From Nannocystis bainbridge (GTDB lineage: Bacteria; Myxococcota_A; Polyangia; Nannocystales; Nannocystaceae), in the NCBI RefSeq assembly GCF_028368995.1, contig NZ_JAQNDL010000001.1, positions 4,128,001 to 4,192,000 of the forward strand: 64,000 nt of DNA. The letters are read 5' to 3'. The position numbers and the translations under genes are program-made. Below are positions 49,131 to 57,958 of this stretch, one piece after another. The first letter of the stretch is position 1, and every line of letters starts with the position of its first letter. The notes beneath the pieces are model-generated. The model made no database searches. It saw only the letters and a program-made list of their open reading frames with translations, and was not told the DNA's origin.

Positions 49131-50294
49131 ATGAAGCTCGTCGACGTGACCGAGTTCTACTCCCAGCGCGGCGGCGGGGTGCGCACGCACCTGACGGAGA
49201 AGGCCGCCGCGGCCGCGCGTCGCGGGCACGAGCACCTGGTCTTCGCGCCTGGTCCGCGCCACGCCGCCGACCCGGGCGTGCGCTACATCCCCGGCCCCTC
49301 GCTGCCGTACGACCCGACCTATCACCTGCTGTGGCGGATCGGCGCGGCCCGGCGGATGCTGCGGGCCGAGCGGCCCGACGTGCTCGAGATCCACTCGCCG
49401 TACGTCGCCGCGATCGCGGCGCTGGGGCTGCGGCCGGGCGAGTTCGGCGTGCGCACCTTCGTCTGGCACTCCGACTTCATCGACACCTACCTGCGCGGCG
49501 GGCTCGAGCGGCGCCTCGCGCTGCTGTTCCGCGGCCGCGCCGCGCGGGCCGCAGATCGCGTCGTCGAGCCGCTGTGGGCCCACGTGCGCCGGATCGCCGA
49601 CGCCTGCGCCATGACCGTCGTCGGCTCGCGCTGGCAGCGGCACAAGCTCGAGCAGCACGGCGTCGCCCGCGTCGAGCACATCCCGTTCGGCATCGAGCCC
49701 GGGCGCTTCGCCCCCGAGCGGCGCAGCGAGGCCCGCCGCCAGGAGCTGCTGGCCGGGCGCGCGGGGCCGCTGATCGTCGCCATCGGCAGGTTCGCCGTCG
49801 AGAAGCGCTGGGACGTGGTCGTCGACGCCTACGCCCGGCTCGCCGAGCGCCACCCCGGGGCGGTGCTGGCGGTGTTCGGCGACGGTCCCGAGAGACATGT
49901 CTTCAAGGACAGGCTCGGCGAGCGCGCCGACGTCCGCGTCCTCGGGTTCGAGCGCGACCGCGACCGCCTGGCGGTGACGCTCGCCAGCGGCGACCTGCTG
50001 CTCCACGGCTGCCCGTTCGAGACCTTCGGCCTCGGGGTCGCCGAGGCGATCGCCAGCGGCCTGCCGGTGGTGGTGCCCGACGCCGGCGGCGCGTCCGAGC
50101 AGGCGCCCCCCGAGAGCGCGGCGCAGTACTCCGCCGGAGACGTGGACGCCTGCGTGGCCGCCGCGGAGGCGCTGCTGGCCGTCGACCCGGCCGAGCTGCG
50201 GGCCCGCGCCGCCACGGCGGCCCGCCGGGTCCCCAGCGTCGTCGATCACTTCGACGCCCTGTTCGGCCGCTACCGCGAGCTGCTCGCGCGTTGA
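49131..50294 (+). CDS. GT4 glycosyltransferase (alpha-1,6-mannosyltransferase-like)
   Basis: DVTEFYS..GGGVRT, GRF..EK, GDGPER and ETFGL..AEA.ASGLPVV motifs. Confidence 0.88.
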   Translation: MKLVDVTEFYSQRGGGVRTHLTEKAAAAARRGHEHLVFAPGPRHAADPGVRYIPGPSLPYDPTYHLLWRIGAARRMLRAERPDVLEIHSPYVAAIAALGLRPGEFGVRTFVWHSDFIDTYLRGGLERRLALLFRGRAARAADRVVEPLWAHVRRIADACAMTVVGSRWQRHKLEQHGVARVEHIPFGIEPGRFAPERRSEARRQELLAGRAGPLIVAIGRFAVEKRWDVVVDAYARLAERHPGAVLAVFGDGPERHVFKDRLGERADVRVLGFERDRDRLAVTLASGDLLLHGCPFETFGLGVAEAIASGLPVVVPDAGGASEQAPPESAAQYSAGDVDACVAAAEALLAVDPAELRARAATAARRVPSVVDHFDALFGRYRELLAR

Positions 50295-50329
50295 TTGCGA
50301 GCGCCCGCCCGGCGTGACAGCATCCGCGC

Positions 50330-51082
50330 GTGCCGGTCCACGTATCGATCCACGACGTCACCCCCGCCTGGGCCGCGGAGGTCGACGCTGCCTTGCATGC
50401 GTGCGCCGAGGTCGGCATCAAGCCTGGCCTTTTGGTCATCCCGAATTATCACGGCGCCTGGCCGCTCGACGACCACCCCGACTACGCCGAGCGCCTGCGC
50501 GGGTGGCAGGCCGCGGGCCACGAGATCTTCCTCCACGGCTACTACCACCTGACCGGCGCCGGTCCGCGCACCGCGGCTGCGACCGGTCACGCGGCGCCTC
50601 GCGGGCTGCGGCGGCTGTGGGCCCAGAAGGTCGTGTCGGGCGGCGAGGCCGAGTTCAGCGACGTGGGCGAGGCCGAGGCGCGTCGCCGCCTCGACGACGG
50701 CGAGGCCGTGCTGCGCCGCGCCGGCCTCGAGCAGCTCGACGGCTTCATCGCCCCCGCCTGGTCGATGCCGCCGTGGATGCACGCCGTCCTGCGCGAACGC
50801 GGCTACCGCTACACCGAAGACCACCTGCACGTGTACGACCCGGCCACGGGCACCCGGCGCGCCAGCCTGGTCCTCAACTACGCCAGCCGCACGCCGGCGC
50901 GGCTGTGGTCGAGCCTCCTTTATTGCCGGCTCGCCCGTCCGGCCCGGCGATTTTTACCCACGCGCGTGGCGATCCACCCGGCCGACATGCGCCACGCCGT
51001 GCTGCGCAAGGAGATCCACGACCTCCTCCGCTGGGCCGTCGGCGACGCCGTCGTGCCCGCGCGCGCCCTCGTCGAGGCCTGA
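50330..51082 (+). CDS. DUF2334 / polysaccharide deacetylase-fold protein
   Basis: VSIHDVTP, LLVIPNYHG, EIFLHGYYH, EAEF, GFIAPAW and R.AIHP.D motifs. Confidence 0.82.
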   Translation: MPVHVSIHDVTPAWAAEVDAALHACAEVGIKPGLLVIPNYHGAWPLDDHPDYAERLRGWQAAGHEIFLHGYYHLTGAGPRTAAATGHAAPRGLRRLWAQKVVSGGEAEFSDVGEAEARRRLDDGEAVLRRAGLEQLDGFIAPAWSMPPWMHAVLRERGYRYTEDHLHVYDPATGTRRASLVLNYASRTPARLWSSLLYCRLARPARRFLPTRVAIHPADMRHAVLRKEIHDLLRWAVGDAVVPARALVEA

Positions 51083-51085
51083 GCC

Positions 51086-52075
51086 ATGGCCCGGATCAGC
51101 CTCGTCGTGCACGGCCGCGGTCGCGGTCACGCCAGCCGGGCCGTCGCCTGCGCCCACGCCCTGCGCGACGCCGGTCACGCCCTCCACGTGTTCGCCGGCG
51201 GCGACGCGGAACATGCCCTCAAGGACATGTCCGAAGTGACATCCATCCCGATCGTCCGGCCCGGCCTCGGCGCCGCGACGGGGTGGTTGCGGCGGCTGGC
51301 GAGCGACGCCGAGCGGTTCGCCGCCGCGGCGCCGGAGTGCATCGTCAGCGACGGCGATCAGCCCAGCCTCGTGGTCGCGCGCCGGCGCCGGATCGGCAGC
51401 GTCGCCGTCGATCACGGCCTCGCCCTCACCCACGGCCGCCTGCCGATCCGCCCGCCCGCGTGGATGCGGCTGTACGAGCGGCTCAACAACGCCCCGCTGG
51501 CGCTGGGCGGCCGCCTCGTCGCCGTCCATTTCCTGCCGTTCGTGGCCACCGATTCGCGCGTCGCCGTCGCCCGGCCCGACCTGCGCGACGACCTGCGCGG
51601 GCCCGTCACGCGCGAGGGCTTCTTGCTGGCCTACTTCCGCGACGACAACGGCCGCGACGCCCTCGCCCTCGCCCTCGCCGCTGGCGCCGATATCGTCTGC
51701 TTCGGCGAGCGCGACCCGCAGCTGCCCGGCTTGCGGTTTCATCGCTCGGACCGCGCCGGCTTCGCCGACCACCTGCGGCGCTGCGACGGCGTCATCACCT
51801 CGGCCGGCAGCAACGTGCTGGCCGAGTGCGTCATGCTGCGCAAGCCGGCCCTGGCGCTGCACCACCGCGGCGACGCCGAGCAGGCCCTCAACGCCCGGCT
51901 CGCCGAGCACGCCGGCGTCGCGCTCGGGCGCAGCTTCGAGGACCTGCGGGCGCGGGACGTCGGTGAGTTTTTGACCCGGGTGCGCGGCGGTGAGTTCGCC
52001 GCGCCCGACCTCATGACCGCCATGCCGCCGGTGTCCGAGGTGGTCGTCAGCGCCGTCGCGGCGCTCCTGGTATAA
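51086..52075 (+). CDS. GT-B glycosyltransferase (MJ1255/GT28-C-like)
   Basis: V.G.GRGHASR, IVSD, ITSAG...L.E....KP and EQ.LNA motifs. Confidence 0.8.
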   Translation: MARISLVVHGRGRGHASRAVACAHALRDAGHALHVFAGGDAEHALKDMSEVTSIPIVRPGLGAATGWLRRLASDAERFAAAAPECIVSDGDQPSLVVARRRRIGSVAVDHGLALTHGRLPIRPPAWMRLYERLNNAPLALGGRLVAVHFLPFVATDSRVAVARPDLRDDLRGPVTREGFLLAYFRDDNGRDALALALAAGADIVCFGERDPQLPGLRFHRSDRAGFADHLRRCDGVITSAGSNVLAECVMLRKPALALHHRGDAEQALNARLAEHAGVALGRSFEDLRARDVGEFLTRVRGGEFAAPDLMTAMPPVSEVVVSAVAALLV

Positions 52076-52086
52076 GGCCCACGCGC

Positions 52087-54759
52087 ATGTCCGACCTGCC
52101 CCGCGCCACCGGCCTCGCCGCGCTCGTCGTGCGCCGCCCGCTGGCGATCGTCGTCATCGCGCTGATCCTCGGCGTGCTCGGTTACTTCGGCACGCGTCGG
52201 CTCGGCATCGACCAGGAGCTGCGCGCGCTGCTGCCCGACGACGCGCCCAGCGTCACGCGCCTCGACGCCGTCAGCGATCGGCTCGGCAATCAGTCCGACC
52301 TCTACGTCACGATCCGCGGCCCCTCGCGCGAGGCCAACCTCGCGCTCGGGGCCGCGATCGCCGACGACCTCGCCGGGCGCGACGACATCCGCTACGTCCT
52401 GTTCCGCCGCGACCCCGCGTTCTTCCGCGATCACCTGCTGTTCTACGCCGGGCTGCAGGACCTGCTCGACCTGCGGCAGCGGGTCATCGACGCGATCCAG
52501 ACCCGCGTCCGCCGCGAGCTCAGCATGTTCCCCGAGGATCGGGCCGCGGGCGCCGGCGACGACGATCTCGACCTCGACGAGAAGGCCCTGCGCGAGCGCT
52601 ACGGCCTCGACAGTGAACCCTCGGAGTACTTCGAGCGCGACGAGGGCCGGCTGGTCGTCGTGCGCGCGCGGCCGACCCGGGCCAACACCGACATCTCGTT
52701 CGCGCGCGGGCTCTCGCGCGAGCTCAAGGCCGCGATCGACGGCCTCGAACCCAGGCGCTACCACCCCGACATCGAGGTCACGATCGACGGCAGCTACGCC
52801 GAGCACACCGCTCAGGCCAGCAGCCTCGAGCGCGACATCATCTCCGGCACCGCGTTCGCGTTCGGCCTGCTCCTGCTGGTGGTGGCGATCTACTTCCGCG
52901 GCCTGCGGGCGGTGCCGCTGGTGCTCGTGCCGCTGCTGGTCGCCGTGGTCACGACGCTGGCGATCGGCTGGGTCTTCTACCGCGAGCTCAACCTCGTCAG
53001 CGCCTTCATCTTCGCCGTCACGCTCGGCCTCGGCATCGACTTCGGCACCCACATCCTCTCGCGTTACCGCGACGAGCGGCGCCGCGGCCTCGATCAGCTC
53101 CAGGCGATCTCGACCACCATCGCCACCACCGGCGTCTCGACCGCCGGCGGCGCGATGAGCACCGCGTTCGCGTTCCTGTTCCTGGTCCTGGCCGAGTTCC
53201 GCGGCTTCTCGCAGTTCGGGGTGATCGGCAGCCTCGGCATCATGATCGCCTTTGTCGCCGCGCTGGTGGTCCTGCCCGCGCTGGTGCTGGTGCTCGACCG
53301 CGTGGTCCCCTGGCGCGTGCCGGCGCCGACGGCCAGCACGGCCCCGGGCGCCCGGTACATCCCACGCCGGTTCCCCTGGCTGGCTCTCGGGACAGTTTTG
53401 GTGTGCCTCGGCGGCGGCGTCTACGGCGTCACCCTGCTGCCGCAGATCGGCTTCGAATACAACCTCAGCAAGCTGGGTCCGCCCGACCGCACCAGCCCCG
53501 AGGAGCAGCAGCGGGCCAACCAGTACCGCGACGCCGTCGGCCGCACGCAGTCGAGCGACCCGACGATCGTGCTGACCGACAACCTCGCCCACACCGAGGC
53601 CGTCAACCGCCAGCTGCAAGCGATCCTCGACCTCGAGCCGGAGCAGATCGCCGAGATCACGGGCCTGGAGCCGTACGCCGACACCCCGCGCAAGCCGAAG
53701 CCCGAGCCGAAGCCCGCGCCGGCGCCGAAGCCCGCCGCGGACGAGGACGACGAGGACGACGAAGCAATCGAGCCCGACGATGCGAAGTTCGTCCGCCTCG
53801 CCGAGCTCGCGCGCGCCCACGGCACGGTCGACCCTGCGGTGCGCGAGCAGCTGAAGCAGTACCCGCCCGAGCGCCTGCGCGAGATGGACGACCTGCTGAG
53901 CAGCGTGCTGTCGATCTACACCTTCGTGCCCGAGCTGCAGGCCGAGAAGCTCGAGATCATCCGCGACATCCGCACGCGCATTGACAACAAGCGCGGCTCG
54001 TTCTCCGCCGCCGAGCTCGAGAAGTTGAAGTCGTGGGAGCGCTACCTGCAGGTCGACGCGCCGATCGGCCCGGAAGACCTGCCGCAGTGGGTCAAGGTCC
54101 AGTTCACCGACATGCACGGCGAGCTCGGGCGGTTCGTCGCCTGCTGGCAGCGCGGGCCCAAGTCCGAGTACGCCCACGCCAAGCGGATCCACGACGCCTT
54201 CGACACCATCGAGACGCCGCTGGGCCCCGCGCCCGCGGTCGGCTCGCACTTCGTCGTGCCCGAGGTCGTCGACGCCATCCGCGGCGACGGCCCGCTGGTG
54301 ATGACCGCCGTGTTCGGCGTGCTGACCGTCACCGCGCTGGTGATGTTCCGCAGCGTCGCCCACGCGGCGATCGTGCTCGCGACCGTCGGCTCGGCGCTCG
54401 GCTGGCTGGCCGGGGTGTTCGTGGCGATGGGCTGGACGCTCAACCTGTTCAACCTGGTCGCGTTGCCGCTGCTCGTCGGCATGGGCCAGGACGACTCGCT
54501 GCACATCATCCACCGCTTCCGCGAGGAGGGCCCCGGCCGGCTGGCGCACACCATGCGCGAGACCGGCGGCGCCGTGGCCCTCACCACCGTCACCACCGTC
54601 ATCGGCTTCTCGAGCATGCTGTTCGTCGACCACATCGGCGTGCGCTCGCTCGGCTGGACCGCCGTCGTCGGCATGACCTTCTGCCTGCTCGCGTCGCTCA
54701 CGCTCGTGCCCGCTTGCCTGCGCCTCGGCGAGTGGTCGCGGGTCCGGCGCGGCGAATGA
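52087..54759 (+). CDS. MMPL/RND-family lipid transporter
   Basis: Two TM blocks with GLGIDFG.H...RY.DER and GMGQDD..H..HRFREE, plus large periplasmic loops. Confidence 0.88.
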   Translation: MSDLPRATGLAALVVRRPLAIVVIALILGVLGYFGTRRLGIDQELRALLPDDAPSVTRLDAVSDRLGNQSDLYVTIRGPSREANLALGAAIADDLAGRDDIRYVLFRRDPAFFRDHLLFYAGLQDLLDLRQRVIDAIQTRVRRELSMFPEDRAAGAGDDDLDLDEKALRERYGLDSEPSEYFERDEGRLVVVRARPTRANTDISFARGLSRELKAAIDGLEPRRYHPDIEVTIDGSYAEHTAQASSLERDIISGTAFAFGLLLLVVAIYFRGLRAVPLVLVPLLVAVVTTLAIGWVFYRELNLVSAFIFAVTLGLGIDFGTHILSRYRDERRRGLDQLQAISTTIATTGVSTAGGAMSTAFAFLFLVLAEFRGFSQFGVIGSLGIMIAFVAALVVLPALVLVLDRVVPWRVPAPTASTAPGARYIPRRFPWLALGTVLVCLGGGVYGVTLLPQIGFEYNLSKLGPPDRTSPEEQQRANQYRDAVGRTQSSDPTIVLTDNLAHTEAVNRQLQAILDLEPEQIAEITGLEPYADTPRKPKPEPKPAPAPKPAADEDDEDDEAIEPDDAKFVRLAELARAHGTVDPAVREQLKQYPPERLREMDDLLSSVLSIYTFVPELQAEKLEIIRDIRTRIDNKRGSFSAAELEKLKSWERYLQVDAPIGPEDLPQWVKVQFTDMHGELGRFVACWQRGPKSEYAHAKRIHDAFDTIETPLGPAPAVGSHFVVPEVVDAIRGDGPLVMTAVFGVLTVTALVMFRSVAHAAIVLATVGSALGWLAGVFVAMGWTLNLFNLVALPLLVGMGQDDSLHIIHRFREEGPGRLAHTMRETGGAVALTTVTTVIGFSSMLFVDHIGVRSLGWTAVVGMTFCLLASLTLVPACLRLGEWSRVRRGE

Positions 54760-54935
54760 GAGGTCCCTTTCGACATGTCCCAAACGCCAGATGACCGCCC
54801 GGCGCCGCGCCCCGCCGTCCCGCCGGCCGCCGCCGCACCGGCCGCGCGTCCGCGCGAAGCGCTGCATGATTTGGTCGCGCGCGCAAGCGCGCACACTGGC
54901 CCGCTGTGGGGCAAAGCCGCTACATTGAGGGCAGC

Positions 54936-56096
54936 ATGCGGATCGCCCTCGTGATGGCCGGCGGCGGCGGCTCGCGGCTCTGGCCCGCCTCGACCCCGGA
55001 GCGGCCCAAGCAGTTCATGGCCCTGCGCGACGACAGGCGACAGAGCCTGCTCGCGGCCGCGGTCGATCGCGCGGCGGCGGTCGCGGGCGCCGACTGCACC
55101 TTCCTCGTCACCACCCACGGCCTGACCGCCGCCGTCCGCGCCGCGGCGCCGCAGCTCGGGCCCGAGCAGGTGATCGAAGAGCCGTGCCCGCGCAGCACCG
55201 CGCCATGCGTGGCGCTGTCGCTGGTGCACATCGTCGAGCGGCTGCGCGCGCGCGGCTGGTCCGAAGCACAGATCGACGAGACCGCGCTGATGGTGCTGCC
55301 GTCCGACCATCACGTCGGCGATGAGGACCGCTTCGCCGACCTGCTCGCGCGCGCCTGCGACTGCGCGGCGGAGACCCGCGACGTGGTCGTGCTCGGCGTC
55401 ACGCCGACGCGGCCCGAGACCGGCTACGGCTACATCGAGCGCGACCGCGTGCCGCAGACCTCGCCGTGCGACACCGCCTGCGCCACGCTGACCCTCTACT
55501 CGGCGGTGCGCTTCGTCGAGAAGCCGAACCTCGCCCGCGCGCGCGAGTTCCTGGCCAGCGGCCGGTTCCTGTGGAACGCCGGCGTGTGCATCACGCCCAT
55601 CGGTCGCCTGCTCGCCGAGTACCAGCGCCACGCGCCGACGCTGTGGCAGGCGTTCGCGCCGGTGATCGCCGCCCTGCGCGAGGGCGAGGCCGAGCTGGCC
55701 CGCACGCGCACCGCCGCCGCCTATGCGTCGATCCAGCCGGCCTCGATCGACGTGGCGATCCTCGAGCAGCTCGCCGACCTGCGGGTCGCCGCCAGTGATG
55801 TCGCGTGGACCGACCTCGGCTCGTGGGCGGCCATCCGCGAGGCCCTGCCGCGCGACGCCGACGGCTTCGCCGTGCACGCCGAGAACGGCGCAGCCGTCCA
55901 CGTGGTCGACGGCCACGACGGCCTGGTGTGGACCGACGGCGCCGACGTGGCGATCGTCGGCCTCGACGGCATCGCGGTGATCTCCGCCGGTGGACGGATC
56001 CTCGTGTGCCCGCTCGAGCGCGCCCAGGAGGTCCGCGCCGCCGCCGAGGCCGCCGCCCGACACGCCGCCCAGCCGCGCGACAAGCCCGAAGACTGA
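54936..56096 (+). CDS. manC: Mannose-1-phosphate guanylyltransferase
   Basis: MAGG.GSRLWP.S....PKQF, EP..RSTAP, PSDH, PETGYGYI, FVEKP, WNAG, SID.AILE and W.DLGSW motifs. Confidence 0.9.
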   Translation: MRIALVMAGGGGSRLWPASTPERPKQFMALRDDRRQSLLAAAVDRAAAVAGADCTFLVTTHGLTAAVRAAAPQLGPEQVIEEPCPRSTAPCVALSLVHIVERLRARGWSEAQIDETALMVLPSDHHVGDEDRFADLLARACDCAAETRDVVVLGVTPTRPETGYGYIERDRVPQTSPCDTACATLTLYSAVRFVEKPNLARAREFLASGRFLWNAGVCITPIGRLLAEYQRHAPTLWQAFAPVIAALREGEAELARTRTAAAYASIQPASIDVAILEQLADLRVAASDVAWTDLGSWAAIREALPRDADGFAVHAENGAAVHVVDGHDGLVWTDGADVAIVGLDGIAVISAGGRILVCPLERAQEVRAAAEAAARHAAQPRDKPED

Positions 56097-56098
56097 GC

Positions 56099-56265
56099 TG
56101 TCCCGAAGGACAGCTTATTCGATGATTGGCTGTCTCGCGGGACAGTCAGCTTCTCCCGAGCGACGCCCCTGCTGTCCTGAGGGACATGTGAGGTCCAGAA
56201 CCCTCCCTGAGATGTCCCGAGAGACAGCCCTCCGCGGAGCGGCGCCCCTGCTGTCCTGAACGACA
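56099..56265. repeat. Five spaced 14-bp palindromic units plus a 23-bp direct repeat
   Basis: Units at 56099, 56131, 56173, 56213 and 56252; gagcgRcgcccctgctgtcctga at 56158-56180 and 56237-56259. Confidence 0.85.
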
Positions 56266-56445
56266 CGACCATCCCGAGCCGACAGGCGATAGCCTCCTGT
56301 CAGCGCCCACCACGTCGGCGATCCACATCCCGCGACGGATCGCCGCAGACCCTCCGCTCGGCCCGTCTCTGCCGCCATGCCGCGCGAGGCCTCGCACACC
56401 GGCGCGCCTGGGCCGGGCCTGGCGCTTCGATCATACTCGCCGCAC

Positions 56446-57852
56446 GTGACGAGCACCGAGCCCAGCACTCGCGCCACGCCGCCGCCGTGGCTGCAGCGTG
56501 TGGCCATCCTCAACGACTACGCGCGGGTCCCCTACGCCAACGGCTCCTCGTTCGCCTCGCAGATGCTGCGGCGCGAGTTCGCCGCGCGCGGGCAGGAGGT
56601 CACCGTCATCGGCCCGAACGACCCGCACGCGCGGCCCGACCAGCTGCCGCCGCGGCGGATCTTGCTGCCCTCGCTGCCGCTGCGCAATCACCCGGGGGTG
56701 TACATGCCGTTCCCCTCGGCGCGCAGCTTCCGGGCCGCGGCCGCGGCCAAATTCGACTTCGTGCTCAGCCAGAGCAACCACGATCTGTGCGACCTCGGCG
56801 TGTGGCTGCGGTTCAAGCACGACGTGCCGCTGCTGTGCGTCAACACCCTGCACCTGCCGAGCGTCTACGGCGTGGTCCTGTCCGATCGCATGCGCAAGAA
56901 CCGGACCATCAACGGCCTGTTCCAGGACCGCTTGATGCCGTGGCTCGAGCATCACTCCGCCGAGGTCTACAACCTCGGCGACGGCCTCATCGTCCTCGCC
57001 GAGGGCCTCGTCGACTACTGGCGGGAGCGCGGCGTGACCGTGCCGATCCACGTGATCCCGCGGGCCGTCGCCCCGCACATCTTCGACGCCCCGGTCGGCG
57101 ACGACCCGTTCCCCGCCAGCGCGCCCGCCGGTCAGCGGCTCCTCGTGGTCTGTCGTCACTCGCGCGAGAAGGGCGTCGAGCGGCTGCTCAAGCTGTTCGC
57201 CCGCCACGTCGCCCCCGCGTGCCCGCAGGCGACGCTGACCCTCGTCGGCGACGGCCCCGACCACGACGCCTTCCGCGCCCTCGCCGAGCGCCTCGGACTC
57301 GGGGGCCGCGCGCAGTTCGTCGGCGAGGTGCCCGTCACCGAGGTCCCGAACTACTACCGGCACGCCGACCTGTTCGTCTACACATCGCTGTCCGAGACCT
57401 ACGGCCAGGTCGTCAGCGAGGCGATGTGGTGCGGGCTCGCGGCGGTGGCGTTCGCCGACGGCATGGGCGTGTCGCAGCAGATCCGCGACGGCCGCGACGG
57501 CTGGCTCGTCGAGCCCGGGCCCGACGCCGACGCCGCCGACGCCGAGTTCGGCGCCCGCGTGGTCGCCCTGCTGCGCGACGAGGCTGCCCTTCGGGGCATG
57601 TCCGAAGAGGCAGCCCGGCACGCCCGCGAGCGCGCCGACCCGGACCGCAGCATCGCCCGCTACTACGCCGCCTTCGAGGCCGCCCGCGAGCACTGCCGCA
57701 GCACCGCCGCCGAGCGCCGGACCCAGGGCCTGAACACGCCGCGGCTGATCTCCCGCTGGCTCGCCGTCCACGGGGCCGTCGTCGGCCTCAGCGCCCTGCG
57801 CCCGCCCGCCCTGCTCAACCGCAACGGCGGCGAGCAGCCGGCGTGGAGCTAG
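56446..57852 (+). CDS. GT4 glycosyltransferase (diacylglycerol glycosyltransferase-like)
   Basis: ND......NG, R...EK, VGDGPD, AD.FVY.S.SETYG.V..EAM..G motifs. Start uncertain (56377 or 56446). Confidence 0.85.
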   Translation: MTSTEPSTRATPPPWLQRVAILNDYARVPYANGSSFASQMLRREFAARGQEVTVIGPNDPHARPDQLPPRRILLPSLPLRNHPGVYMPFPSARSFRAAAAAKFDFVLSQSNHDLCDLGVWLRFKHDVPLLCVNTLHLPSVYGVVLSDRMRKNRTINGLFQDRLMPWLEHHSAEVYNLGDGLIVLAEGLVDYWRERGVTVPIHVIPRAVAPHIFDAPVGDDPFPASAPAGQRLLVVCRHSREKGVERLLKLFARHVAPACPQATLTLVGDGPDHDAFRALAERLGLGGRAQFVGEVPVTEVPNYYRHADLFVYTSLSETYGQVVSEAMWCGLAAVAFADGMGVSQQIRDGRDGWLVEPGPDADAADAEFGARVVALLRDEAALRGMSEEAARHARERADPDRSIARYYAAFEAAREHCRSTAAERRTQGLNTPRLISRWLAVHGAVVGLSALRPPALLNRNGGEQPAWS

Positions 57853-57897
57853 CTCGCGCGGCCGGCCGACGCGCCCGCGCGGCGAACCTCGAGGACA

Positions 57898-57953
57898 TGT
57901 TCATTAGGGCATGATCCCGGGGACATGTCCGATTCGACATGTCCCCGGAGCCC
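57898..57953. repeat. Four tandem 14-bp units between convergent genes
   Basis: tgttcattagggca|tgatcccggggaca|tgtccgattcgaca|tgtccccggagccc. Confidence 0.82.
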
Positions 57954-57958
57954 GCCGC

